DNA of 63,029 nucleotides, filler included, from Octopus bimaculoides (lineage: Eukaryota), in the NCBI RefSeq assembly GCF_001194135.2. It is 6 parts of 5 records of this genome, joined end to end, with 100 filler letters (N's around TTAATTAATTAA, not from the genome) between each part and the next. Parts side by side here need not be neighbours in the genome. Positions count along the whole stretch, not along the records: positions 1 to 3,063 come from NC_068984.1; positions 3,164 to 8,397 come from NC_068984.1; positions 8,498 to 35,088 come from NC_068985.1; 3 more parts are not named here. One strand, written 5' to 3'. Below are positions 1 to 10,799 of the stretch, in pieces (the first letter of the stretch is position 1; every line of letters starts with the position of its first letter). Position numbers and translations under genes: made by a program. The notes beneath the pieces were generated by a model that saw only the letters and a program-made list of their open reading frames with translations, ran no database searches and had not been told where the DNA came from.

Positions 1-1
1 A

Positions 2-35
<34 letters not shown>

Positions 36-46
36 AAATAGCACAA

Positions 47-372
47 ATGGGCTGAGGTTCACTACAGCTGTTTCAGATATATTTTTTATTGATGAACAAA
101 TCAAATCTATTACATCATGTAAAAATACATTTCCATCAGATAAATTAAAAATGAAATTTTACATTTAGGATTTTTCACACAAATAGTATATAGTGCACAT
201 TGTCCTTCTCATCTTGGTGCCTATACATTATACACTATTAGTGTGAAAAATCCTACATGTTAAATTTTATTTTTAATTCACCTGAAGAAAATGCTTTTTT
301 TTTCCATGATGTAATTGATTTGTTCATCAATAAAAAATATGTCTGAAACAGTTGTAATCAACCTCAGCCCAT
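47..372. repeat. Large imperfect inverted repeat (arms 47-190 and 229-372, 38-bp spacer); MITE/fold-back-like or two transposon ends back to back
   Basis: The left arm ATGGGCTGAGGTT...GGATTTTTCACACAAATAGTATA aligns by eye to the reverse complement of 229-372 with scattered substitutions and small indels. Confidence 0.85.
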
Positions 373-945
373 CATTATTTATACTACACCACACTCGGAA
401 GCATCTCTGTGTTGGATCTTGGACTGCATGCCAGGCAATACTCCTGTGTGATTTTATGTATACGTTGTGTATTTGGTCTATACTTGTGAATGTATGCATA
501 ACTGGAAGGACAAATTCATATTTGCTTTAGTAAGTACGTGAGTGTCCATACATTCTGTTAGTGCCCAGGTATGCTATCCCCAAGTCTATTTTGGTGTGTT
601 TGTTATCAAAATACCTTGATTCCATTGAGTCCTGAAAATAATAATTATCATATATATGTATATATGAAATAGAAGTGCTTAGCAGTGATGTGTATAAATA
701 TAAACTTGTTATCAGTTCAAATATGCTAGAGGTGTATTTGAACACATAAGAAAGCCATTCTCTGTATTTTCTCATGGAGAAAATTTATCACAGTTGACAA
801 ACAGGTGTAAACACACCATGTCATTTCAAAGTAACCCTGAGCCAGATGATGGATGTATGCATTTCACAGTAGTTATTTCCTCTTCAACATCAAACACTGG
901 AAGGGGTATGTGAAATGGACTGATTTGAAATAGATCTCACTCATT
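360..945 (-). pseudogene. Decayed, apparently two-exon coding remnant of unknown family
   Basis: Upstream segment reads SEIYFKSVHFTYP/PVFDVEEEITTVKCIHPSSGSGLL*NDMVCLHLFVNCDKFSP*ENTENGFLMCSNTPLAYLN. A GT...TTTTCAG intron of about 75 nt (roughly 706-632) follows. Then one frame with a single stop: DSMESRYFDNKHTKIDLGIAYLGTNRMYGHSRTY*SKYEFVLPVMHTFTSIDQIHNVYIKSHRSIAWHAVQDPTQRCFRVWC. No family recognised. Confidence 0.35.
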
Positions 946-994
946 ATATTCTGTACTGCGAGTGGTTGTGGTAATTGGCAGATCTGTGGTAATA

Positions 995-1067
995 AAATAT
1001 AGAATTGGTAACATGTTTATATCTATCTGTCTGTTTGTCTGTCTGTCTCTCCCCTCTCTCTCTATCT

Positions 1068-1128
<61 letters not shown>

Positions 1129-1211
1129 NNNNNNNNNNAAATATAGAATTGGTAACATGTTTATATCTATCTGTCTGTTTGTCTGTCTGTCTCTCCCCTC
1201 TCTCTCTATCT

Positions 1212-1248
<37 letters not shown>
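995..1248. other. Gap-flanking duplication (assembly overlap artefact) with (TA)n
   Basis: The same AAATATAGAATTGGTAACATG...(TA)n block occurs on both sides of a 10-N gap. Confidence 0.8.
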
Positions 1249-1254
<6 letters not shown>

Positions 1255-1256
<2 letters not shown>

Positions 1257-2090
1257 GGGGCCATTGTATTGGTTCCCGAAATGAGGAGGAACTTCACTGT
1301 ATTGGTTTCCGAAACGAGGCGGGAACCAGACTACTGGAGTTCTGTGATGCATGTAACTTTTTAATCTGCAACACTAACTTCAGGAAGCCAGATAGCTACC
1401 TGATAACCTATCAATCAGGTGACTGATAGCCAGATTGATTTCATCCTCACCAGACAGTGGGACGCAGGGTTGCTCTTAAATACAAAGACCCTCCTGGGTG
1501 AAGAATGTACCCCCCAGCATAGATTAGTCATTAGTGACTTTAGACTCGAGGCCAGAAGGATGTCAAGAAGCAGACCAATCCAAAAAAGAAGGATTTGGAA
1601 ACTGAAGAACCTGTCACATGGTCAATCTGTAGAAAAGGTGTAGGCAGAAACTCCATAAGATGTACCCAGTGTAAGCTATGGACACATAAGAGGTGCAACA
1701 ACATCAAAGGAAGATTAACTGGGAAGATAACTTTCATGTGTGGCAGATGCACAGGAGCAATAAACACCACAGATTCTCAGAAAACAGATTCCATCACATG
1801 CCAGGGTGAGAAACTAGAAGTAGTTGATAGCTTCTTCTACCTAGGTGACCAAGTCTGTAGTGGGGCTGACTGCTCTGAGAGTGTTACAACTAGAATAAGA
1901 ATAGCCTGGGCAAAGTTCAGAAAGCTTCTACCCCTACTGGTGACAAAGGGTTTCTCACTCAGAGTGAAAGGTAGATTGTACAATGCATGTGTGCGAACTG
2001 CCATGCTTCACTGCAGTGAAACATGGGCCTTGACTGCTGAAGACATGCCTAGGCTCGAAATATTATGGAGATGTACTTGCGTAGCAAGTG
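1255..2090 (+). mobile_element. RTE-clade LINE remnant: AP-endonuclease C-terminus joined to post-RT region, RT core deleted
   Basis: GFRNEAGTRLLEFCDACNFLICNTNFRK...SQIDFILTRQ...PQHRLVISDF is an APE motif set. It is followed by ICRKGVGRNSIRCTQCKLWTHKRC...CGRC (PHD-like finger), LEVVDSFFYLG, RIRIAWAKF and VKGRLYNACVRTAMLHCSETW. Frameshifts and stops are present. Confidence 0.9.
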
Positions 2091-2154
2091 ACCTGATCTG
2101 AGATCGTGTGCTGGAACGAAAACAAATGCAGTGTGGAAGGTGTTTGTAAGCCTA

Positions 2155-2362
2155 TATGAGCTGGTGCTGAAAAGGTCATGGCTTTAAGGGTATCACGAAA
2201 GCTCTGGTTGGATGCAATTTCTTTTTCAGGGCTTAGAAAAACAGAAGGACTGCTGCAATAAGTGTGTGAATCTGAGAGGGGATTATGTTGTATCAAATCA
2301 TAATTAACTGGTTCTCCTGTATTTTCTTTTACCCAAAGCCAAGAACTTTTCAGCACCTTGTA
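2155..2362 (-). mobile_element. Mariner-derived MITE (copy 1)
   Basis: TA-flanked ends TGAGCTGGTGCTGAAAAG and CTTTTCAGCACCTTG. The internal sequence matches the reverse complement of 40499-40726. Confidence 0.8.
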
Positions 2363-2764
2363 TATTACAGATACATAGATACATACAGTTAAATATTCAA
2401 CAAATTTTAAAATAAAGTAAGTGTTACATATTGTTTGTTTAGTTTTTTTTTTCTTTTAAATTTTATTCATTAAATTTTTAGTTCCAAGTATTACAACAAA
2501 ACTGTCAGAAAATATTATAATTGACATATACAAATATAAATTTTTGTTTTATTGTTTTTATTCTGTTATTACATTAAAAATAACATTTTCATAAAAAGAA
2601 ACTTTAAAATTCTTTATGTCTTTATTTTTTGTGTTAAAATGTAAAAATCCATATTAATATGCTATATTTCAACTATAAAACTCAATCTAATAATGCACTA
2701 TAAAATTATAATAGTGATATGATGACGCTGATGATGATAAATTCTTTTGTAGATTTACCACAAT

Positions 2765-3000
2765 TGGTAGCTCATTGGTAGACCATGCCCTGTTGTATTT
2801 AGCAATGATTCATGTTTTGCATTCAAATCTCATGATTCTCTATTGATTATTAGCTAGAATTTATAATAAACCAGCTAAATTTAGATGACTTGCTCTGAGA
2901 TACTGTGAGTTAACTGTGTGATAGACTGGTGTCCTGTTCATACTCTCAGCCTAAATGCCTTGAAAACCCAGATAAGCTCCAAACTCATAAACCTATACTT
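2765..3000 (+). mobile_element. Old degenerate tRNA-derived SINE with V-domain-like segment
   Basis: A-box-like TAGCTCATTGGTAGA and B-box-like CATTCAAATC, later GTGATAGACTGGTGTCCTGTTC...GAAAACCCAGATAAGCTCC resembling the segment in SINE family D (25953-26209). Confidence 0.35.
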
Positions 3001-3063
3001 CTTAGGCACATACACACATACACACACACATGCATACCATATATATATATATATATATATATA

Positions 3064-3163
3064 NNNNNNNNNNNNNNNNNNNNNNNNNNNNNNNNNNNNN
3101 NNNNNNNTTAATTAATTAANNNNNNNNNNNNNNNNNNNNNNNNNNNNNNNNNNNNNNNNNNNN
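3064..3163. other. Artificial scaffold gap: 44 N + TTAATTAATTAA + 44 N (also 8398-8497, 35089-35188, 41228-41327, 61913-62012)
   Basis: Identical 100-bp layout five times. The 12-mer gives stop codons in all six frames. Confidence 0.95.
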
Positions 3164-4296
3164 TATATATATATATATATATATATGTACACACACACAT
3201 AAGAATACATACACACGCTTACATATATATACACATATGCACTCATGCACTTATGTACGTACGACGTATGTATATATGTATGTGTGCGTACGCATGAGTG
3301 AGTGTGTGTTTGTGTGGGTGGGTGTATGCAGAACAAACATACTATAAGTGTCTTAGGTAGACATGTCTTGACAGAAAATAAAATATATTTATAGAACCAA
3401 TTTTTTGCAATTGAAACATTGTGGTTAAGCATTTATTTTTGTGTAAAGATCATTTAAATCGATTTTGTATGTATTTCTCATACAGTCTGAATTTAAAATT
3501 TTCATCTGTAAATAGCAAAAGTTTAACTCTTTCGTTGGTTCCCTAAATTGTAAATTAGTAACAGATGTAGATCGTTTCGCGATATATTATTTACCTCTCC
3601 AGCGTCAAATCGAAGGCACGAGAGAAAATATCTCAAATAGAATATACGAGGGTTCCCTCTCTCTCGCACATTTCCTTGCCTTCTCTTCTTGCTCACTTTT
3701 CCTCCTCTTTCCCTTCACTGTGTCCCTGTCATTTTTTTCTCGCCCTTCCTTATTTCTTCTGTCCATCTGCCTCTACCTCTCTCTCTTCTCTCTCCATGTG
3801 ACCGGTGTTCGGCGAAGCCTGACCTTTCCTTCTTGGTTCAGTCGCCGTCCGTGCAACATCTATATTACTCCCTGTGCCTGTGAAATCTTGTATCCCTGCC
3901 GTGAGGCTTTACTTCCACACACGTCAGCTTAATTTAATTCGTCCTTAGTCGAAAGACACCTGCTGTTATATCCTGTTATTTGTATTTGCTTAACATTCTC
4001 GGTTTTTTCCGTCCTTGTTTTCGTATACATTCGCTGCATTCTTCCAGGGAATCTAATGCTCTTAGCTTAGTTTTTCCTTGGGACTGGGCAGCCAAAATCG
4101 CAAAGATAATCTGGAACTTGACTGAACAAAGAAAACTCCGAATGACCGTCATTGTTTTCTTTGTAACGTCTATCTGGATGTTTTGTTGTCCTTTTCTTGT
4201 ATCACCTGTCTCGATGTTTTGCGTTCTTGTCCCATTCTGTATTTTTTATATATAATATATATATACATACACATATATATAAATATAGATAGATAG

Positions 4297-4352
4297 ATAC
4301 GACAGATTTCTTTCAGTTTCCGTCTACCAAATCCACTCAAGACTTTGGTCGG
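4297..4352 (-). mobile_element. SINE family C fragment
   Basis: TTTCAGTTTCCGTCTACCAAATCCACTC matches the fuller copies such as 30311-30727. Confidence 0.75.
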
Positions 4353-4409
4353 ACTTTGTTTACAGACAACAGAACGAACACATAGGAAAACAAAAAACAA
4401 ACAAGCACT

Positions 4410-4443
<34 letters not shown>

Positions 4444-4538
4444 GTGAATTTCTATACATGCATTCGTATGTGTGTGTGTGTCTGCGTGTGCGTATGCCTG
4501 TGCGTGCGTGTGTATGTGTGTGTGTTTGTTTGTTTGTT

Positions 4539-4601
<63 letters not shown>

Positions 4602-5871
4602 GTGCGTGTGTGTATAACATGCTTCTGTACAATTTTCTTCTGGTGTTAAATTCTTGTCACAGGATACTGGCCATACAAATATAATCAAGCTAATTACCTT
4701 TCTTGCAATTATATTTGCACAGAATTTCCCCGTTTACTTTTTTTTTTTTTTTAATTTTCCCCGGCTCCTCGTTAGCGTTGTTGCTTTTGACTTATTTATT
4801 CTACATTCCAAGTCTCTTCGTATAATTTCTTTGAAGATTTATCATACGACAAAAAAGAACAAGAAGGTCCTTATTAGCTTCTCAATTACATGTTGACCTC
4901 TTCGTTGATTACGTTTTAGCTTCTGCAAATGATTCTCGTCTGGGTAACACTATTTGAAGTTTGTTACATCTAAAGCACTGTCCGGTTTCATTGATTAGTC
5001 TCTGAGTTATATTTAAACATCCAAGTAAACACTCGAAGCAAATCTGAATGGAGTTCAAAATAGACAATAACATCTTCGGATAAAATTATCTGCAAAAGTA
5101 AGAAGAATAAGATGTTTATGAATCGTTTTAGGGTGCTATACTTGCATTGACGTCAGCAAAGGGATCCGAGTGAAACAGATGAAACCAGAAAAGTACCCGG
5201 CGTTGCTCTGCAAATATATCACATTGCTGATGACTCAATTTGTTCAAACAGGAACATTATCGTAGGTCTAAAGGAATGCACATTCATAATTTTCGATTAT
5301 TACATGTTGAATTTATACAGCTAACAACCTAAACTTTGGACATGATCATGACTGCTAACTGGCAGATTTTTCATGTACATAAGTATTGAATGATTAGAAA
5401 AATGACATCTAATAGCTAAATTTGATGCTTGTATACACAGACACAAACCATAGCTATTCAACCACGAGGCTATATAGAAACCACTCCTGTCCGCTCTACC
5501 ACTCGGTAGATTAAATTTAGAGAGCCTTATTTTGGGACTGTCACTAGATATGTTTATTCAACCGTGTCAGCCTTGATTTTATGGTATTAACGCACGGACG
5601 TAGTGGGGAGCCTACAAAAGTTTATAAGAATACTACTAATCGCGAGATCATCGTGGCTTCGCATCCTGGAGCGGGCGGTGCGTTGTGTTTTTAAGAAAAA
5701 CGCGTCATTTCGCATTTCATCAGTTCACGCAGCTGTAAATGCGTAACCTTGCTCCAGACTGACATCCCGTCTAAGGGTAATGTTGTGATCTTAGTCACTT
5801 ATACACTATGGGAACCGGGTAACGGGGCCGTATGAATTCTAGGACTCAGGACAGTAATGTTTATGGGTTGT

Positions 5872-5948
5872 TGTCGTTGTTGTTGTTGTTGTTAATGATG
5901 ATGACGACGACGACGACGATGATGAGGATCATTATCATCATCATCATT

Positions 5949-6021
<73 letters not shown>
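5872..6021. repeat. Compound trinucleotide microsatellite (TTG/GAT/GAC/ATC)
   Basis: Directly visible. Confidence 0.95.
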
Positions 6022-6022
<1 letters not shown>

Positions 6023-6360
6023 TCTGGTGTCTCTTTAAATATCAAATGTTAAGAGATGCCATGAAAATATAGAATCTGTTTTCTTTCTCTTTTATCTTAT
6101 TTCTCAAAATGTTTGAGAAATTCTGCCAATTGCTCTGCTTTTCATCTCTCCTTGGAACGGTCTGAAGATGCTATCGTAACAATATTAAACAAAGCCATTT
6201 CTTCAGAAAAAAGGACACATGATTTGAATTTGCAATTGTTTTCTGAAGAGCAGTGATGGCAGAGATAATTTAAGTGATAAACACATTTTTACAAAGTTTT
6301 TATTTTATTTATTTGTTTATTAAAACGCAGACCATAATGATAATACAAGCTTTGTCTTGG

Positions 6361-6367
6361 TACATAC

Positions 6368-6414
<47 letters not shown>

Positions 6415-6865
6415 CATACATACATACATACATACACACGTACGTACGAACATACATACATACATACATACATACATACATACATACATACATTCATACA
6501 TACATTCATACACCCATGCACATACATACATACATATATACATACATACATACATACATATATACATACATACATACGTACGTACGTACATACGTACGTA
6601 CATACATACATTCATACACCCACGCACATACATACATACATTCATACACCCGCGCACATACATACATACATACATACATACATGCATACATACATATATA
6701 CATACATGCATACGTACGTACGTACGTACGTACATACATTCATACACCCACGCACATACATACATACATATACGTACATACGCACGCACGTACGTGTGTG
6801 CGTATGTATGTATGTATGTATGTATGTATGTATGTATGTATGTATGCATATATGTATGTATGTGT
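6361..6865. repeat. Compound (TAGA)n/(TACA)n/(TATG)n microsatellite
   Basis: Directly visible. Source of several spurious ORFs. Confidence 0.95.
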
Positions 6866-7374
6866 GAAGGAGATGAGAAATTTCAAATCAAATTAAACAA
6901 AACTTCAAAACAAATTTGTTTTAATTTCCTTTTATGATCGAATCACATGTAGAGTTGTTCTAGACATAAATCAGTATCGATTAAGCAGAGAGCTAAGATG
7001 AAAGGCATTCCAGCCATGAGGATCCTGCCTCGAATCCAGTATTGCATATAGTGTGTCGTTCCATCCATAACCATCCTGTCCTTCTCTCGTACATTGTGTA
7101 TCTAGAACCACATAACCCAATATGTCCTCCGGATGGTAATGTGCAATTTTAAGGAAATTTTGTTATTTCTAATAGGTCGAGTGGTCACGTTGATACTGCA
7201 TCGTTCGTTTAAACCGCATTTAGTTGATATAAATAGTATTTAATTCCATTTTTGTTTTCGTTATATTTTGGATGTGGTTTGCTAAGAAGTGGTAAAGTGT
7301 CTGGGACTTACATACAGGTTTGACTTATTGCCATTTTCTCCATGCTGGGATAGGAGTTATCATTGGGAGAGAGT

Positions 7375-7450
7375 AAGGCAGCGAATTGGCAGAGTCCTTG
7401 CTACGCCGGACAAAATGCTTGGCGGCATTTCGTCCGTCTTTACGTTCTGA
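7375..7450 (+). mobile_element. SINE family A, 5' part
   Basis: AAGGCAGCGAATTGGCAGA...AAATGCTTGGCGGCATTTCG...TACGTTCTGA matches the heads of other family A copies. Confidence 0.8.
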
Positions 7451-8497
7451 TTTGGTAAATAAGTGTACTAATGAGAGTAAGGAACCCGGTGGTGACTAAA
7501 GTGCGGTGTTAGTGTTCGTTATTGTTTTGCCGATCAACAAGTCTCTGAATCCCTTTGTGTGTGGGGTGGGGGTCATGGTCAGTCATACAACCTAATTGAT
7601 CAGCTTTTTTTTGAAAACCATGACGTGGTTCCGGTTCGTTGATGGTTAACAGATAAGACAAAAACAAATCAAATAAATATATGAACCATGGCCAGTAAGG
7701 GCAAGTATAAGAGCAAAGTAAGATTAAAAACAGGTAAATAAGTGAGTTGGTGCGATGACTAAAATAATGGGACTAAGGCAGGAGGACCCTAAAGGACAGC
7801 ATAAGAAAAGTAAAAGAGTATAAAACGTATAAAAATATAGAAATATAAAACATATATCTATCTATTGAGGGAATCTACTGTATATGGTTAAACGTAATAT
7901 AGGGGCTGGACAGGGGATTCGTTGTTGCCGGAAGGCAGAAGAAGGAGGATTTTGTAAATAGGGATAAAAATGGACAGGACCGGAAGGAATTTGGATGTTT
8001 GTTTTGCTAACTTAAAGATATTCAATACTAAAACTTATACAAGTAAGATATTAAATATAAAGTATTAAAGGAATGGCACTGTGTTATAGTATTAGATTAT
8101 TAAGTTAAGTGTTTTATTTAAAAGGGGTAGTTTGAAGAAAATGTTTACATGGATATATATTAACTGGTATTGGTAATTCTGAGTGTAGCTAAATGTGTGG
8201 GTAACCCGATTATTTCTATCTACTTAATTCATTAATTAATTGCTTAATTAATTCCGTATTGAAATAGTACTCAATAACCAGCATTTGGATATGAATAATA
8301 GAGTACACAACCAGCAATATATTGGATAGGTACTATCTCTTAGTTGGTTGGCTTCCCAACCTCTAACTCTCACGAAATATATATATATATATATATANNN
8401 NNNNNNNNNNNNNNNNNNNNNNNNNNNNNNNNNNNNNNNNNTTAATTAATTAANNNNNNNNNNNNNNNNNNNNNNNNNNNNNNNNNNNNNNNNNNNN

Positions 8498-8690
8498 TGG
8501 AGGATAGTTCACTTGTTACCTCCAGAGTTTGGCTGGAGGATAGTTCACTTGTTACCTCCAGAGTTTGGCTGGAGGATAGTTCACTTGTTACCTCCAGAGT
8601 TTGGTTGGAGGATAGTTCACTTGTTACCTCCAGAGTTTGGCTGGAGGATAGTTCACTTGTTACCTCCAGAGTTTGGCTGGAGGATAGTTC
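8498..8690. repeat. 36-bp minisatellite, about 5.4 near-identical units
   Basis: Unit TGGAGGATAGTTCACTTGTTACCTCCAGAGTTTGGC, one C>T variant, no spacers. Confidence 0.95.
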
Positions 8691-8972
8691 GAAAACTGGG
8701 TTTTTTTCTTTGCAGTTGCTCTTAATCTACATTATTTTCGTTTTCCTTTTTCTTTCGTTCTTTCCTTAATATTTCCAGTCCTTCCAAGCATTCAGACATG
8801 AGGAGCTTCTTACAACAACAAATGTAGTAATAAGGAATAATTAATCCCACGTTCTTTGTATATCGATATCTTCCATTGGGCATAGTTCTTGTATGCCTCT
8901 CTACCCTTCAGCGTATATTAAGACTTGTAAATTCTTTATTACGCAACCTAACCATATCTTACATCCAAAAAA

Positions 8973-9079
8973 TTGGCTGCTATTTCTAGCATGCCCTGCT
9001 ACCACGTAACAGCTATCTGTGATAACGGACACGAAACACATGTTACGTGGTAGCAAGGCGTGCAAGAAATAGCAGCCAA
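8973..9079. repeat. 39-bp-arm hairpin
   Basis: 8973-9011 TTGGCTGCTATTTCTAGCATGCCCTGCTACCACGTAACA pairs with 9041-9079 with 3 mismatches. Confidence 0.9.
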
Positions 9080-10150
9080 ACCTTTCCTTTTCTGGGGAAA
9101 GAGCCGTTCACGCGTGGTTTCGATGTCACATTCATTGAAAGCATGCGAAATAACCTGGTAAAGAAAAAAAAAAACCCACGAAGCAAAACTTCGTTACTGT
9201 TTTAACCACTCTGTCATATTGCGATATTTAATTGACCTTTAGCTACAGATATACATCATTTCTGGTGCCTTTTATTGTTACATCGTACTTCTTTGCTTCA
9301 TATACTGAGACAGAAATGGACAATCAATTTTAAAGGTGAAGCACACAAGGCCATAGCATTTGCGTTTTTCAGTTGAGTGAATTTGTTCCGAAATCATCCG
9401 AAGAGCGAATGCTATACTCAGTGAAGCTGACTCGGCACCAGACAGCTTGGTCGATCCAATTAACTCCGATGATCATCTGAACATATTGTTGTATTACGTG
9501 ATATTAGGGCAGATTTAGTCCACTTCTAAGCTTTGGTAAGTAGAGGTATGTCGTTTTTTTTTTATGATACAGGGACAACTTTCGGGTGACCCTCATGATG
9601 GACCCCGCCAATAACCGGTTTCGTCCTACACGTGACGACAGCAACAACGACAGCAGCAACAACAGCAATAACGACAATATTGTGAAGAAGAAACACGCAC
9701 CAAGGAGTAGGAATCCATCACATATGAATGGGAGCTGAGCTCCAGTGAAGAGAAATCGACACCCTGTAAGAGTGTGTGGGATGAAGCACTTCTAATAAAA
9801 TGAAATTCTCAAACTTCTCATGGCCGAGAAGACAAAAAAAAAAAAAATGAATCAAAGAGAACTTTGAAGGCAAAGTGCTGATCGGAGAGAAAATTGGATG
9901 CCAAATGTATTAGAGAGCCAGATAAAATGGTTGCTGATATTTCTTCTGATTCGTTACATTTTTAGTTTCAATCCCGCCGAGATCAACTCGGATTAAGAAA
10001 CGACAAAAATTTCATGGCCATGAGTGTATAAGAGAGCCCTGCTCCTAAATGGATTCTCAACAACAAGAGTGATGAAGCGGATGGGGAGGTAGAATGCCAG
10101 ACGAAATGTCTTACAGTTTTCAGTGACCTCCTTTTTGTATACAGGAGATA

Positions 10151-10540
10151 GTGGAGGCGCAATGGCCCAGTGGTTAGGGCAACGAACTCGCGGTCATAGG
10201 ATCGCGGTTTCGATTCCAAGACCGGGCGTTGTGAGTGTTTATTGAACGAAAACACCTAAAGCTCCACGAGGCTCCGGCAGGGGATGGGGGCGAACCCTGC
10301 TGTACTCTTCGACCACAACTTTCTCTCACTGTTAATTCCTTTTTCTGTTGTGCCTGTAATTCAAAGGGTCAGCCTTCTCACACTGTGTCACGCTGAATAT
10401 CCCCGAGAACTACGTTAAGGGTACACGTGTCTGTGCCGTGCTCAGCAACTTGCACATTAATTTCACAAGCAGGCTGTTCCGTTGATCGGATCAACAGGAA
10501 CCCTCGACGTCGTAAGCGACGGCGTGCCAACACACAACAC
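10151..10540 (+). mobile_element. SINE family B, full length, 10-bp TSD ACAGGAGATA
   Basis: tRNA-like head GTGGAGGCGCAATGGCCCAGTGGTTAGG...GGTTTCGATTCC. TSD at 10141-10150 and 10541-10550. Confidence 0.92.
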
Positions 10541-10799
10541 ACAGGAGATACAAATCATTCCTTTGTAATGCTTACTTTATGACCGTCAATATGTTATTAA
10601 AATAAAGTACCAGTTATACATCATGTCTCTTTCCAATCCACTGCACATCTACCCTACATCTCTCTGTCCTTTTTAGAAATTAAATTTACAATTTATTTGC
10701 GATAAACATTAAAACAAATATTTGAGTATAGAAAAATAAAAGAAAAATTTAAATTATATAAATAAATAAAAGAAGTCATTTTTTGAAAATCGTACAAAC

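Noticed and set aside
3108-3119. TTAATTAATTAA islands inside N runs (five occurrences)
   Set aside because: The constant 44N-12-44N layout and six-frame stops mark an assembly linker, not biology. Sequences either side may not be adjacent.
3895-3965. CCGTGAGGCT...AGTCGAAAGACACC, hammerhead-like halves
   Set aside because: The core is incomplete and stems I and III cannot be closed. The surrounding 3.5-4.2-kb region looks repeat-derived but I cannot classify it.
4900-5850. Broken minus-strand peptide fragments and a CACTATGGG (Transib-like terminus) at 5804
   Set aside because: No second terminus, no TSD and no recognisable catalytic motif.
8498-8690. CRISPR-like 36-bp repeat with dyad symmetry and an LPPEFGWRIVHL repeat ORF
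   Set aside because: No spacers, no cas genes and a eukaryotic context. It is a tandem minisatellite.
9368-9535. Exon-like stretch between TTTTCAG and GTAAGT
   Set aside because: Stops in all three frames and no recognisable product.
9570-9645. GGACGAAACCGGTT and CATGAGGGTCACCCGAAAGTTGTC on the minus strand, hammerhead-like 3' halves
   Set aside because: The CUGANGA core is absent or doubly mutated and stem I does not pair. At most a dead remnant.
10151-10235. tRNA-like heads of the SINEs as tRNA genes
   Set aside because: They have A/B boxes but no complete cloverleaf, and they continue into SINE bodies with TSDs.
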